From: Euglena gracilis
Taxonomy: Eukaryota
Length of the DNA: 64,000 bases
Reading direction: 5' to 3'
Assembly (NCBI GenBank): GCA_039621445.1
Contig: CP154954.1
Span: 29,459,411-29,523,410 of the forward strand
The notes below the pieces were generated by a model. That model saw only the letters and a program-made list of their open reading frames with translations, ran no database searches and was not told where the DNA came from. Positions 40,701-53,066 of the stretch are shown one piece after another. Position numbers and translations under genes: made by a program. Within the stretch, counting starts at the first letter, position 1; each line of letters starts with the position of its first letter.

Positions 40701-43132
40701 GGCACAAAAACAGTTTTTCCGGGTCAGGGAGGTCCAAAAACATGGTTTTACGCAAAAAAAAATTTGATTTTTTTGAACTTTTTGGGCCCGGTTTTGACCC
40801 AAAGTCAATGGGTTGGCAGCCCAAAACGGGGCGCTGGAGGGTCGAAAAACACTCATTTTTGGCTCGAACACACCTTTCTCGGGTCCAGGAGGTCAAAAAA
40901 CATGGTTTTGGGCCAAAAAAATTCCATTTTTTTTGGACTTTTTGACCCAAAAATGGCTAAGTTCACCGGCCAGGGGGGTGGGCCCCAGCCAAAGGGGCAT
41001 GGGCCCAAAAACACTTTTTTTGATGTTCTGAAGTGAAAAAAAGTGTTTTTGAGCGTCAAAATTTTGGGTCCCGGACCCCCCTCGCCCTGCCGCCCTCGGA
41101 CCCGCCGCAGGGGTCCCCCGAATACCCAAAACTGGCCCAAAATCGCACAACCAGGCCACGGGAACCCCAAAAAACGGTCAACCCCCCCCCTTAAACCTAA
41201 TGATTTGACCCCTGGTTTGGGTCCCAAATCCTCGTCTAGCCCGAGATACGGCCAATTTACGGTTTCGGGCCCAAACAGGCCCGAAATGGCCAAAACTGGC
41301 CCAAAATCCCAAATCTCGGGCTAGGCGAGGAGTTGGCCCAAACCGCGCATACCGATCGATAGGGCGTCCAAAAGTTGTGGAAGGACGTCCTCTTTACTTT
41401 TCCTCAACTTCACAGCGTTTTTGAGATATTTTGAATTTTGAAAGCCCGGCAGCCCTCGAACCCCACCCCTGCAGGGGTCCCCGAATACCCAAAAATGGCC
41501 CAAAATCGCACAACCAGACCCCAAGAACCCCAAAAAACGGTCAACCCCCCCCTAAACCTAATGATTGACCCCCTGGTTTGGGTCCCAACTCCTCGTCTAG
41601 CCCGAGATACGGGCAAATTACGGTTTCGGGCCCCGAGCGGGCCCGAAATGGCCAAAACTGGCCAAACTGGCCCAAAACCACAAAACGGCCGTATCTCGGG
41701 CCAGGCGAGGAGTTGGCCCAAACCGCGCATACCGATCGATCGGGCGTCCCAAAGTTGTGGAAGGACGTCCTGATTGGATTTTCTGTACCCCAAAGTGAAT
41801 AGCCTATCGGTTAGGGGACGATCCCCAGTTTCTCCAGAGCCCTTTCGGTAACCCGCAACTCCCCGCCAGTCCGGAGATATGGCCCGAGCAAAAAAGTTGT
41901 CTACCGTTTTTTTTTCTGGGGAAATTGCAGGGTCGTTTTGGGGTCAAAAAATCGAAAAATTCAAAATAGCTCGAAAACGCTGCGGAGTTGCGAAAAAGTA
42001 ATGAACATCGATAATCCTCGGGTGCCCCGACCTACCCAGGGGGGGGCGGAGGGGCGGGGGGGGGGGGGCGGGGGGGCGGGGGGGCCGACCCCCCCCCGCC
42101 GGGGGGGTGAGCTTCGCTCTTACTCTAAAGAGATAAGAGCTCAGCGACCCAACCCCCCTGGATAAGCCCCCCCCCTTTGGACTCTGCCATTTCGGCCAAA
42201 AAAATGTCAATTTTCAAAATATCTCCAAAATGAAGCCAAGTCAAAGGAAATGTCCGGAGACCTAATTTGAAGCCCTTGGAACGCCCCATCTACTGGTATT
42301 TTGATTTCCCCGCAACTCCCCGCCTGGCCCGAGATACGGCCGTTTTTTGGCCAATTTAGGCCATTTTAGGCCATTTTAGGCCATTTTGTACACTTTTTCC
42401 ACTGTTTGACTCCGCCGTTTTCGGCCAAAAAATCGAAAAAAATCGAATTTTTTTTTTGCCCGAAACGATGCTTTTTGGCCTCCCGGACCCAGAAAACCTG
42501 TTTTTCAGCCGAAAACGAGCGTTTTCCGACCCGCCGGCGCCCCGTTTTGGGCCGCCGACCCATTGACTTTGGGTCAAAACCGGGTCGAAAAAGTCGAAAA
42601 AAAATCAAAAAATTTTTTTGGCCCGAAACGATGTTTTTTGGCCTCCTGGACCCAGAAAAACGGTTTTTGTGCCGAAAATGAGCGTTCTTCGACCCGCCAG
42701 CCCCCCGTTTTGGGCCACCGGCCGGGCCGCCGGGCCAGGCCAGGCCGCCGGACCGCCGGGCCGCCGGCCGGGCCGGGCCGCCGGCTGGGCCAGGCCGCCG
42801 GGCCGATGGCAGGCCGGGCCGGGCCGGGGTGGTCTCCCAAAGAGCTCAGCTCTACGTCACACCCTGGTGACATATAGGGGGGGGGGTCACGTTAGGAATC
42901 ACCCACACCAAATTAGGAATCACCAACCTCAAATTTGCCTGAAATTAGGAATCAGCCTTCTAAATTTGGCTGTCTCGAGAACAAAATTTTGGTTCCAAAG
43001 TGGGACGCGGGGGGGGACGCTGGGGGGACGCGGGGGGGACGCGGGGGACCCCCAGAGTGCGTGTTGTAGTGGAAGGAATTGCTGATGCCCATGCCGTTGC
43101 GTGTGGTTGACATTGGCTGGCGAATTGCACCT
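37775..43132 (-). mobile_element. CRE fragment split by nested insertions (pieces at about 43052-43132, 39680-39860, 37775-38165)
   Basis: QFASQCQPHATAWASAIP / LLPSAEFCCLLRWSIG..GHYLLCCK..RRH / KEQRAEDNSRPGDVFIP occur in protein order. Confidence 0.75.
40463..42866. mobile_element. 2.4-kb non-autonomous DNA transposon with long perfect TIR
   Basis: About 48-bp TIR CAGGGTGTGACGTAGAGCTGAGCTCTTTGGGAGACCACCCCGGCCCGG; no clear TSD. Confidence 0.85.
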
Positions 43133-44310
43133 GTTCCACACGTGACAAAGACTTGCTTAATTTTGACTGTCTTGCAGTGGCTAACTGAGAGTTCCACCAT
43201 TTTTGGGCTGTGTGTGGGCTTTGGAGATCAGGCGGTGAACTTTGGGTTTTTCGGGCGGGACCCCCCCACCCCCCCAGAATACAGGCCGAAACCTAGATGA
43301 CAGCCGAGAAACCCAGAAAACAGCCCAAAAACCCAAACCACAGTCCGAAAACCCAAAACACAACCTAAACCCCAGATGGAAGCAAAAAAACCATCACGCC
43401 CCCCAGAAAACTCAACCCAACCCAAAACCCCAGAACACAGCCCAAAAAGCCAGAACTCACCCAAAAAACCAAAAAAACAGCCCAAAAACCCCTCTCGCCT
43501 CCTTTAAAAAAGTTACTAGTGCTAGGGACATTTTTGCCAGTGGCAAAAGCTTTGAAAAAAATTGAATGCACATTCTTGGTCATTTTTAGGGGCTTTTTGG
43601 TCATCTTTGCCAAAAAAAGATGACAAAATATGTTTGCAGTCCCGATCATAGTCCCGATCCACTTCAAAAACATTCAAGAGCAATGAAACAAAAAAACATG
43701 GAAAAATGAATTATCGTTAACATGGGGAAGAGGGCGACGAGGGTGGAGGGATGAGGCCTGGGGGGGGGGGGGACAGCCCACTAAAAACTCACCCATTCTG
43801 ACCATCTCCCTTGGGAAAAAAAGGCACCCCCACCCGTGTCAGTTGGGGCGGGGGGTGAATTTGCCAGTGGGCGCCGAGCTTTGCTACACCTCTATCCGTC
43901 CTTTGCCATCAAAAGAACACCTGCCCCGGTGACTCAGCTTGCTTGCGACGGGCTCCCTTCACCAATGTGCCCTGCGAGAAGGGAATTGGCTGATTCAAAT
44001 CGGATGTTCAAAAACTCTTTCCACAATGGACAAACCACAACACCTGTTTGGCAAACCAATCACCTGGATGGGTGGGCGAAAGCGTCCAAAGAACAAAGCA
44101 ATGACAAAATAGAACAAAAAATATTGTTTTTTTTTGGGTGTTGTTCAATTTCCACTTCACCCCCTAAGAATGCATACATTGTTTGTTCCACGCCACTGGG
44201 ATTTCTCACTTCGAACTCTTAATTTTGCCCACAATAAGACATTTATGGATCCCCCCCATTTTTCAGCTTCAACCCAGAATGAGACAGGAGAGCGAAGCAG
44301 GCCAGCACAC

Positions 44311-44383
44311 CCTTGGCGTCCAGGGTCGAAGACAAGATGTGAGCTGGAAACACTGCCGGGGGCCCATCCCAATGGTTCATACC
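44311..44383 (-). CDS. Candidate exon of an unidentified gene
   Basis: ttggcag|GG ... GG|gtgtgc; YEPLGWAPGSVSSSHLVFDPGRQ; phase-compatible with 45531-45639. Confidence 0.35.
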
Positions 44384-45033
44384 CTGCCAACTGTCTCCGG
44401 ACAGCAATCGCAGGCATGACGAAGACCACTCCACCATGGTGTGGTGCCACCACACGCAGCACAAAAATGGGCGCCATGAACACCACACCCATTTCAGTTG
44501 TATCCGTTCCACACGATTGCCCGGTTTCTTTTCATTTATCACCTTCTTTTCTTCTGAACCAGTGCAGGGGGGGGGGGAATGCGCTGGGCGGCCCTCGGAA
44601 AAAATGCGCTGAGTTTGTACATTCCTAATGGAAAAAAGACTTAGAAAAATTTCCAACAATGAGCCCAAAATTAAACCAAAATCACCAAAAAAAGCTGAAA
44701 TGAAGGCATTTTTGGCCAAAAAAAGGCGTCACTCTCTGTTCAACATAACCAACAATGTCAGCCATGGTGTCTCTTACTTGTGACCAGGGGAGTAGGATTC
44801 AATGCGGGGTCTCTGAAAACCCTAATGTCCTCATCATCATTGGATGAATACCCACACCTCATCACCCAAAGCTTTTTTTTGAATATGGACAAAATGCCTC
44901 CAAAAGTGTAAAAAAAGGTGGGAAAATGGAAAAAATGCGCAAAAAAATTCTTTCAAAAAGGGGCAGAACAGAGCACAAATCAAACAACATAACTCAGCGT
45001 CAATGCAACATTGGTCAAGGAGCAATTTGATAA

Positions 45034-45280
45034 TACCACCTCCCCCCCCCCCTAATTGACCGTGGGACCTCTCCACGGGACCCCCCTTTTGGTCAATTAG
45101 GGGGGGGGTTCAATTAGGGGGGGGGGTTGGTCAATTAGGGGGGGGGGGTACCATCAATTAGGGGGTGCTTCAACACGGAATCCCCCCGGGTAGTCAATTA
45201 GGGGGGGGGGTCGAAAAAATTTTCCCCGGGGCGATCGGTCAATTAGGGGGGGGGGTCAATTAGGGGGGGGGGAGGTGGTA
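45034..45280. mobile_element. TA-bounded MITE with CAATTAGGGG repeats
   Basis: TACCACCTCCCC..TAATTGACC / GGTCAATTA..GGAGGTGGTA; relative at 62392-62781. Confidence 0.7.
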
Positions 45281-45530
45281 TACAATCAAAATCAAAAACA
45301 CCAAAATGAAACTGCAACATGTAAAAAAAGCCAGAAATTCTTAAGATGCAAAAAAATGCGCGAAAAAATCGAAAAAAAATGCGCAAAAAATGCGAAAAAA
45401 TGTGCATTTTCCCAAAAATCCGGAAAATGCGCAAAAATGCGAAACGCATTTCCCCCCCCTGCCAGTGCAGCGGATCGTTTTGGACCGGGGAAACGCTGGC
45501 AGTGGGACGGGGGCGAGATGGGGTAGGGAC

Positions 45531-45639
45531 GCGGTGCGGCGTAGACCAGGCTGTGCAGGGCGGGGCTGCCGAACAGCTCCAGCCCCTCGTCCTCGCTGCG
45601 CAGGTGGGGCAGGCTCCCCCGGCGGCGGGCAAAGCGGTC
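45531..45639 (-). CDS. Candidate exon of an unidentified gene
   Basis: ccctcgcag|GAC; GC3-rich DRFARRRGSLPHLRSEDEGLELFGSPALHSLVYAAP; GT at 45530. Confidence 0.4.
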
Positions 45640-46389
45640 CTGCGAGGGGGCGGGCAAACAGGGCAGTCCAGAAATGAAGCAAAAAGACCAGGGTGAGCTC
45701 CGGGCGCTGGAAATTCTTTGGGAATGCACCAAGACGTCCCAATATTGGGGGGGGGGGCACAGGCAATTTGAAAATTATTGGCCTTTTCCTTGCACAATAA
45801 TCCGGGAAAAAAACTGATTTTCTAGGCTTTGCCATGGCAGCTGGATTGGGGATCTGAATTGGTTTGAGTTGAATTGGTTTGAGGGACACCTGTGGAGGTC
45901 ATCTAGCACCTATGGTCATCCAGAGTCCCAGGCCCAATCGTGCCCAGTCACCCCCAGCACGCCAACAGAGATCCCAACCATCCCAACTTTGAGGGAGGTT
46001 GTTTGGCCATTTGTTGTTTGGCCACATTCTGGCGTTCTTTGCCCACTTTTTGCCCACTTTTAGCCCACTTTGGGCTGCTTCAACTTCTGGCTGTCACGAC
46101 ACCCTAACCCTAACGCTGGCCGCTTTTTTGCTGGGGGTCCACGACTAAAAAAAACCCCTGGTTCGGATACTTTTTGCTGGTTTTGACAATTCTTGGCCAA
46201 TTTCGCCAACGTTTGGTTGTTTGCTTTTGACTGCTTTTAGCAGCTTTCTGAAGCCTTTTGAGGACACTCTTGCCAACTCTTTTTTGCTCAGTGGCCAACA
46301 ATGGCCCCAAAGTGGCCAAAAGAAGCTAAAAAATGGCCTGAAAATCGCCCAGTCACAGAATGCAACATACGGGGGCCGTCAGTCAAAGC

Positions 46390-46832
46390 CAGGCTTTTGC
46401 TTAAGGGCCCGGGGGGGGGGGGGTGCTGGTTAGCCAATCGGCTAGACACTGGAAAAAGTGGACTAGCTAGACCCCCCCTCCCCCCACTAGGGGGGGGGGG
46501 GTCCGGGGGTCCCCTGGACTGGGAATTTTTTTTTCCTCCAGCGCACAGCGCCGGAGGAAAAATGAGGTTTTTAACAGGTTTTTGGCTGATTTTGTTCCAA
46601 AAATTCCCCAAAATGGCCAAAATGGGCATTTTTGGCCATTTTTGGGGGGTCCCAAAAAAATTTTTGGCGCTTCGCGCCGGTCACTGGAAAATTTTTTTCC
46701 ACTAGCTAGCCCTGCTAGCAGACCCCCTCCGGGGGGGATCTGCTAGAAAACCCACTAGCCAAATTTGGACTAGCTGCAGTCCAGCCCCCCCGGGGGGGGG
46801 GGGGGTACTGCAATCCCTTAAGCAAAAGCCTG
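46390..46832. mobile_element. CAGGCTT-type MITE with perfect 8-bp TSD (hAT-like)
   Basis: 18-bp TIR CAGGCTTTTGCTTAAGGG / CCCTTAAGCAAAAGCCTG; GTCAAAGC at 46382-46389 and 46833-46840. Confidence 0.92.
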
Positions 46833-46866
46833 GTCAAAGCCACTCCTGCCCAGTCATTTCATAGGT

Positions 46867-48410
46867 GCTTGGAGGTCATCCAATCGAGCCGATGGGTGTC
46901 ATTGCAAAAGCTCCGGATCAAAATCAACATTTTTAATCCTCCCCTCCAAGCTGCCTCCTGTCAGAATTTCACAATACCCAACTTTCTTGACCTACTGCAA
47001 GAATTTTACCAAAATTACCAAAACACTGAAAACCTTGAATCAACTCATCCAGGGGTTTTTTTTTTAAAACCGGGTGGGAGGGGTTGGCACCCACCCACCC
47101 CCAGAGGTGAGCCCCCCCTGGGGGGGGGCCCACCCACTTTTGCCCGAAAATGGCCAAAAAATGCCAAAAATAGCACCTTTTCAAAAATTTTCGGCGCCAA
47201 AAAAGATGTACCCACCAGCCCGTACCTCAACCCCCCGGGGGGGATCCAAGGGACAAGCCAAGGCTCTACGGGGAAGGCAGGTGGGGGAAGTCGAATCCCC
47301 CCCCCAGGCAAAGCCGGGTTGCTGGGTCGAGCCCTCCCAACCATACAATTGCTTACCGACCCCCCCGGGGGGGGGGGAGGGGGGGTCACTCCACTTTTTT
47401 AAAAACCAGTCAGTCACTCATTTTCAAAAAACCAGCCAGTCGGCCACTCAGAAAAACGGCCACTTTCCAGTCACTTTAGGCCCAAAATTTTTTTCCGGCG
47501 CCTTCGGTCACTCAAGCCACTTTTGCCCACTCCTGGCCGACCCCCCCCCGGGGGGGGGGGAGGGGTCCGGGCCAAAAACCAGTCAGTCACTCTGAAAAAA
47601 CCAGTCACCCACCCCCGCGGGGGGGGGGGGGTCGGTCAGTGCTTAAGCAATTGCCTGCACCCAACCCACCACAGCACCAAACAAACGAATCATTATCCAA
47701 AACAGTGTTCCAATCTAGCGGGCTTGCCATTCAGGAGCTGGGGCCGTGGCTGCAGCATCGCCCAGCATCGGAACCCCACCTCTGGTCTCCAAAAATCCAG
47801 CATCGCCCAGCATCATCAGAGGTGCTTGCTGATGCTGAACATGATACCCACTGGAGGGGAAAATCCCCCGTCCACAGAGCACATGCATTTGGCTCTCAGC
47901 AAAACCATTTGCACGAAAACATTTTGTGGGCTTTCTTTCCTTTCCTTTTGGTGCAACGCACGGCAATCTGGAACTGATTTCCTGGGCTTTGCCATTGTGC
48001 CGAAATTGGGGATCTGAATTGGTCTGAGGGTCACCTGTGGAGGTCATCCAATCGAGCCGATGGGTGTCATTGCAAAAGCTCCGGATCAAAATCAACATAA
48101 TCAATCCTCCCTTCCAAGCTGATTCATTTCACAATCCCCATGAGCTGGATCAACTAACTCATCCTTGCCTGGATGAGCCAGGGCTGGTACGGGGAAGGCG
48201 GGTGGGGGAAATTGAGCCCTCTCCGGGCAAAGCCACCCAACCCACCACAGCACCACACACAAACGAATCATTATCCAAAACAGCATTCCCGCCAGTCCAG
48301 CGTGCTTGCCATTCAGGAGGAGGGGCCGTGGCTGCCGGTGGAGGTCATCCAATCGAGCCTATGGGTGTCATTGCAGAGCTCCGGGCCAAACAGCAAAGCT
48401 AATCCTCCCT
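46867..48410. repeat. Local triplication of a unit with core GGAGGTCATCCAATCGAGCC
   Basis: Copies near 46870, 48039 and 48340; partial relative near 45810-45910. Confidence 0.8.
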
Positions 48411-49209
48411 CCCACCACACTGGCAGCCGTGGATGGCCGCCCCACCCGTTTTCTGTGGCCCTGGAGGGACGGATGCTGATCAGCCAGGGGAATCATTGTG
48501 CCATCACAGTGTGAACTCTGGTGTTGAGAAATATGATGTGCATCATGCAAACTTTTGCGCCTTGTCGGCTGTCAGTCCACCCAATGCCAATTCAGGGTAA
48601 CTGCATGTGAACAAACATCTGGGGCAAGACAATTGCGTTCTTGAAGGGACAATCCATCTCAAGCCATTGGGGCCATCAGACTCCAGACTCCGTACATGAA
48701 TCACAATTCATTTCGGTGGTGTGCAACGGTGGTGGTCATCACAAGGCACAGCGGCCACACATCTGGGGATGAATCCACCTGAACAAGTGGGGGATGTCCA
48801 GCCTTGTGGGGGGGGGGGGCTGTGAAATGGTCGCCTCCGGGGGGGTTTGGCGTGGCGAGGGGGGCCCGGATGGGGGGGGAGGGGTGCGCGGGGGTTTTCC
48901 AAGAAAATTTTCTTTGGCGCGGCTGACATGGCGTGGCAAGGGGGTCTGGAAAGGGGGGGGAGGGGGGTAAAATGGCATGGCGAGGGGGTCGGTGAGGGGG
49001 GGGGGGAGGGGTGTGCCGACCCCCCCCCAGGACAGCTCAAAACCCCAGAACACACCCAAACCAAAAACCCAGAGCACACCAAAAAACCTCTTCATTGGAA
49101 ATACGTGGACGAACTTCACCGGTGAACTTCACCGGTGAACTTCACCAGGGAAGTTTCTCCATGAAATTCCTTTAGGGGCAGAGCCCCCAACCCCTGCCAA
49201 ACCTCCTTT

Positions 49210-49900
49210 GTGCAGCTTGAATCAATGTGCAATCTTCCAGCCATTGCGGCAATGGAGCAACGGGTCCCAAAAGTGTCACAGCTTCTTGGAAGCAAGCAAG
49301 AGCATCCACTGGGGCGCGTTGGAAGGCTGATGGGATGCCCAAAGTATCAGGACCCCTCCTGATGTGAACAATTCCGGCAATGCGGGCTGGTACTCTAACA
49401 GAGCTGGGATCTGAAATACCCAAGCCAACCAGGCGGATGGGAAGGGTGATTTGTTCCCACCGTTGTGGAGTACAGGGTGCTCCCAATAGACCCTCGAAGC
49501 AATTGCGCAGGGTGGTGCAAGTGCTGAAGGCTGCGCATTCGGGACGACCCATCGACAATGAGGAGGCAGGAATTCGCAGGAGAACAGGCAACGCCGAGTA
49601 TCTTGCTCCATAGCTGGCGTTTTTTTTTGTTTTTTTATTAAAAAAAACGGGCAAAAAAAACGGCAAAAAAAAACAAAGGGGAAAATGATGGTCCAAATTT
49701 TGCCTTTGGTCGCAAGGGTGAACCAATCTTGAGAGAGGACAGCCTTCAGGAAGGCCCAAAGGGAGTGTAAGGTCAGCCATCTTGGATTTGCATTAAAGTT
49801 CCGTAATAATGTCACAAAAGTGCAAGTGACCTGGACAACTGACCCACGAGGAATGTGCACCAAGGTGGGCCCCAAACCAATTTCTTCAAAAGAAGGCGAC
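49210..49900 (-). mobile_element. Decayed CRE fragments (pre-RT and thumb regions)
   Basis: LVHIPRGSV..LWAFLKAVL and WEQITLPIRLVGLGISDP..PARIAGI parallel RHIPRAAV..WALFQKVTL and WTQCSLPLRMAGLGVKDP..PARMAGI. Confidence 0.8.
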
Positions 49901-50147
49901 AATGCTGCCCCGCCATCTGGGAATGCCCCCGGGGAAACAGAGCAAGACATAGCTGGCACTTCGTTTAAACGAAGTCAAAAAAAAACACGTTTTTTGGCCG
50001 TGCCAACCCCCCCTTCAAAAATCGGCCAAAAACCGGCGCCGAAAGCGCCGGGAAAAAAGTTTTAAGGCCTTTTTTTGGGTCTAAAAGGCCATTTTTGGTG
50101 TCAAATTTTCATCTGTCTGGGGGGGGGGGGGTCCCGAAAATCCCAAC

Positions 50148-51405
50148 TGAAACCGTGTTCAATCAACGATGTACAGCGTCGTGGAAAACCGTGTTCAGTT
50201 CACGTGTACAGCAAAAAAACGTGTTCTGAACACGTTTTTTGACGCCGTACACCTGGACGAACACGGTTTTCTGTGCAAAAAAAAAGTGTTCTGAATACGG
50301 TTTTCGACACCGTACACGCGTTCAGAACACGGTTTTCTGTGAGAAAACCGTGTTCTGAACACGTTTTCTGGCACCGTACACGTGGACGAACACGGTTTTC
50401 TGCCAGGAAACCGTGTTCACTGTGAAATGTGAAAAAATGTGTGATTACTGAGACCGTGAGAGGGATGATCGCAAACAAGGAGAATGGGCTCCCTTCCATC
50501 CGGCAGCTTTCTCGTCCAAAGCCTTCGCTGCCAGAGGGGCAAAGAAGGCTGGGGAGGAGGCCACAATTGGTGGGCCGTTGCGATCTGACACCCTGTATTC
50601 AAACACAAGGGAATTCAGGTACGCACGAAAGGACGAAATTGGCATGGAACGAACACGAATATTGGTGCCAGCCCTCTCTGTACGTACAGCAACGCATGCC
50701 AACTGCTGCTGAGGAGTTGAGTACAACTCCCGAGCATCAATACACCAGCGTGCCCACCCCAAAAAAACATACGTCCTGGCGTACTGTGTACTGGTGTACG
50801 TGGCGTGCTGCACCCCATGGGCTGCGCATACCCCCATGTACTCTGTGAAACAATTTAGGGCAGCCATTCGTTCCCGACGGTAATCTTTTACTGAGGTATT
50901 TCACCAAGCAAAGCGTCAACTTCCTCAGCTGGAGAGTTCACCTTTTGGAGGGCATCCACAAACTCCTTTACCGAGGGAGGGGAGGGCATCTGGCACTCAG
51001 CGAGGTTAGCCAGGCGCAACATGGCTGAGAACGAAGAAAGCAGGAGAGGAAAAGGGGGGAAATCCAAAAGTGAACACGTTTTTTGACGCCGTACACGTGG
51101 ACGAACACGGTTTTCTGTGAGAAAACCGTGTTCTGAACACACCCCCCGACACCGTACACGTGTTCAGAACACGGTTTTCCGTGAGAAAACCGTGTTCTGA
51201 ACACGTTTTCTGACACCGTACACGTGGACGAACACGGTTTTCTGCCAGAAAACCGTGATCTGAAAACGTTTTTTGTCAAAAAGCGTGTTGCCCCATTTTC
51301 GTACATGTGTTCACTATAATCGCATTTTTTTTTGCGCGAATCACGTGGACTTGAACACGGTTTTCCACATGACGCTGTACATCGTGGACTACGAACACGG
51401 TTTCA
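50148..51405. mobile_element. TIR element with AAAACCGTGTTC subterminal arrays and unique internal sequence
   Basis: TGAAACCGTGTTC..GATGTACAGCGTC mirrored at both ends; arrays at about 50150-50420 and 51070-51400. Confidence 0.75.
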
Positions 51406-51410
51406 ATTTT

Positions 51411-51505
51411 GTTTCGTGATCTGATTCCGCTTTTTCACAAAAAAAACGGGGGCGCCTTCAGCGCCCCCGGTTTTTTGGTGAAAAAGCGGGATCAGATCAC
51501 GAAAC
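51411..51505. repeat. 95-bp hairpin (mini foldback)
   Basis: GTTTCGTGATCTGAT..GGGGGCGC-loop-GCGCCCCC..ATCAGATCACGAAAC. Confidence 0.8.
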
Positions 51506-51699
51506 ACTTTACAGTACAGGGGGGGAGGGGGGGTCCCCCAAAAACCCCAATTGTACTGCCGTCTCCCCATTGGGCGCACGTAGATCGGAAGGTTGCAGAG
51601 CGTGCCTGTACGTACCTCCAACATCCCAGTAAAAATCCGCATTGCCAGAGCCACCTCCACCACCTGCGCGCACTCGTCTTGTAGCCTGAAATGAAGAAA

Positions 51700-52000
51700 G
51701 TGTCGACAAGGAGCGCCTTCTCAACCGGGTCGAAACTCTTGTCGGACACAGTGCCATCTCCGAGGCATGTCGTGCCACATGGAAAACTGTGCTGATGGCG
51801 CGACCACTTCGCCCATCAGCACTACTCTCCGGGGATGTGCAACCAAATCCAGGCCCGGCAACAAGCAGCAATGCCGTTCCACAAGCAGCACCCCTCCACC
51901 GCGCCTGCCCTTTCTTCCTCAGTTGCACATTTCAAACCTTTGATGAAGCAGCCATGCAACATCATGTTGATCGGATTCACGTATCCAGAGCGCAAATTCC
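51700..52000 (+). mobile_element. N-terminal fragment of a second CRE family with 2A-like motif and C2H2 finger
   Basis: LLSGDVQPNPGP (DVQPNPGP at 51834-51857) then CPFFLSC..HVDRIH, same order as in the large ORF. Confidence 0.7.
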
Positions 52001-52004
52001 GAAG

Positions 52005-52480
52005 AGACTTTGGCCGATTGCCATCCTGCCATGTGGCCAGCAGCAGGTCGGCGGGCCGTAGAGAGGTATTTGGCTGATTGGGTACCGGAACCTCACGCTG
52101 GACACTTTGGCTGTTTGTGGACAAGAGGTTGAATGAAGCGTCCTGGACGGCGTTGTGTCTGTTGGCAAAATTATTCCGGATGCAGCACATCTCGTGGTCA
52201 CCGTGGACGTCAGTGACGCTCTGGCATCCTGCGCACGTGCCGCTTAAGTCTGCCAGAGGCAGCCCCAACCACCATTTCAGCCCGATGCGGTAGTCTTCAG
52301 CATCAATCGTCGTGTGGAGGGCCTCGTGGGGTGCCACTGCCATCCCTCCATGACCGACACCATTGGCCTGTTCCATCAGGCGGGCCTGGTCTCTCGGCAA
52401 GGTTCGGTTTAGCAGGCCGTCCACCGTGGCACGTGATATCTAGGTCTGCCACCACCGCTGTGACGTGTGGTATCAAGAGG
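52005..52480 (-). mobile_element. CRE RLE-domain fragment
   Basis: LKWWLG..CAGC..GDHEMCC..RHNAVQD..LRPADLLL. Confidence 0.85.
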
Positions 52481-52576
52481 CGGAAGCGAAGGAAGCAGGT
52501 GTGAGCAATCGTTGGCTCTCGGGGTGTTGAGTCCAAGTGCGGACACCCCACCACCCAACTTTTTTTTTTTTTTTTA

Positions 52577-52836
52577 GGCACGGCTCGGCACGGCTCGGCA
52601 CGGCTCGGCACGGCTCGGCACGGCTCGGCACGGCTCGGCACGGCTCGGCACGGCTCGGCACGGCTCGGCACGGCTCGGCACGGCTCGGCACGGCTCGGCA
52701 CGGCTCGGCACGGCTCGGCACGGCTCGGCACGGCTCGGCACGGCTCGGCACGGCTCGGCACGGCTCGGCACGGCTCGGCACGGCTCGGCACGGCTCGGCA
52801 CGGCTCGGCACGGCTCGGCACGGCTCGGCACGGCTC
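52577..52836. repeat. (GGCACGGCTC)n satellite, about 26 units
   Basis: Perfect decamer array. Confidence 0.98.
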
Positions 52837-53066
52837 GCACGTGTCTCGCGCGTGTTGTGCCCGCGCGTCGCCCGTGCGTGCGTGTCGCCCGTGTCGGCGT
52901 GCTGTTCTTTGCCGTCGGGACGGGTCACCGCGAGCCGTTGCACCCGCCTGTCACTTGGGCGGTTTCACTTCGATTCTCGCTGGCCTTACCCAGAGGGGTG
53001 TGGGCCCTTTTCTATATTTTTTTTTTGCGTCGGAGATGGTGCTACCATGTCCTCTTCCGAGGGGTC

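Noticed and set aside
50150-51400. Regularly spaced repeats as a CRISPR array (also 13078-13200, 17901-18075)
   Set aside because: No unique spacers, no cas genes, eukaryotic context; these are subterminal or tandem repeats
53011-53029. TCTATATTTTTTTTTTGCG as the 3' half of an SL target
   Set aside because: Explained by the element A tail; too little information
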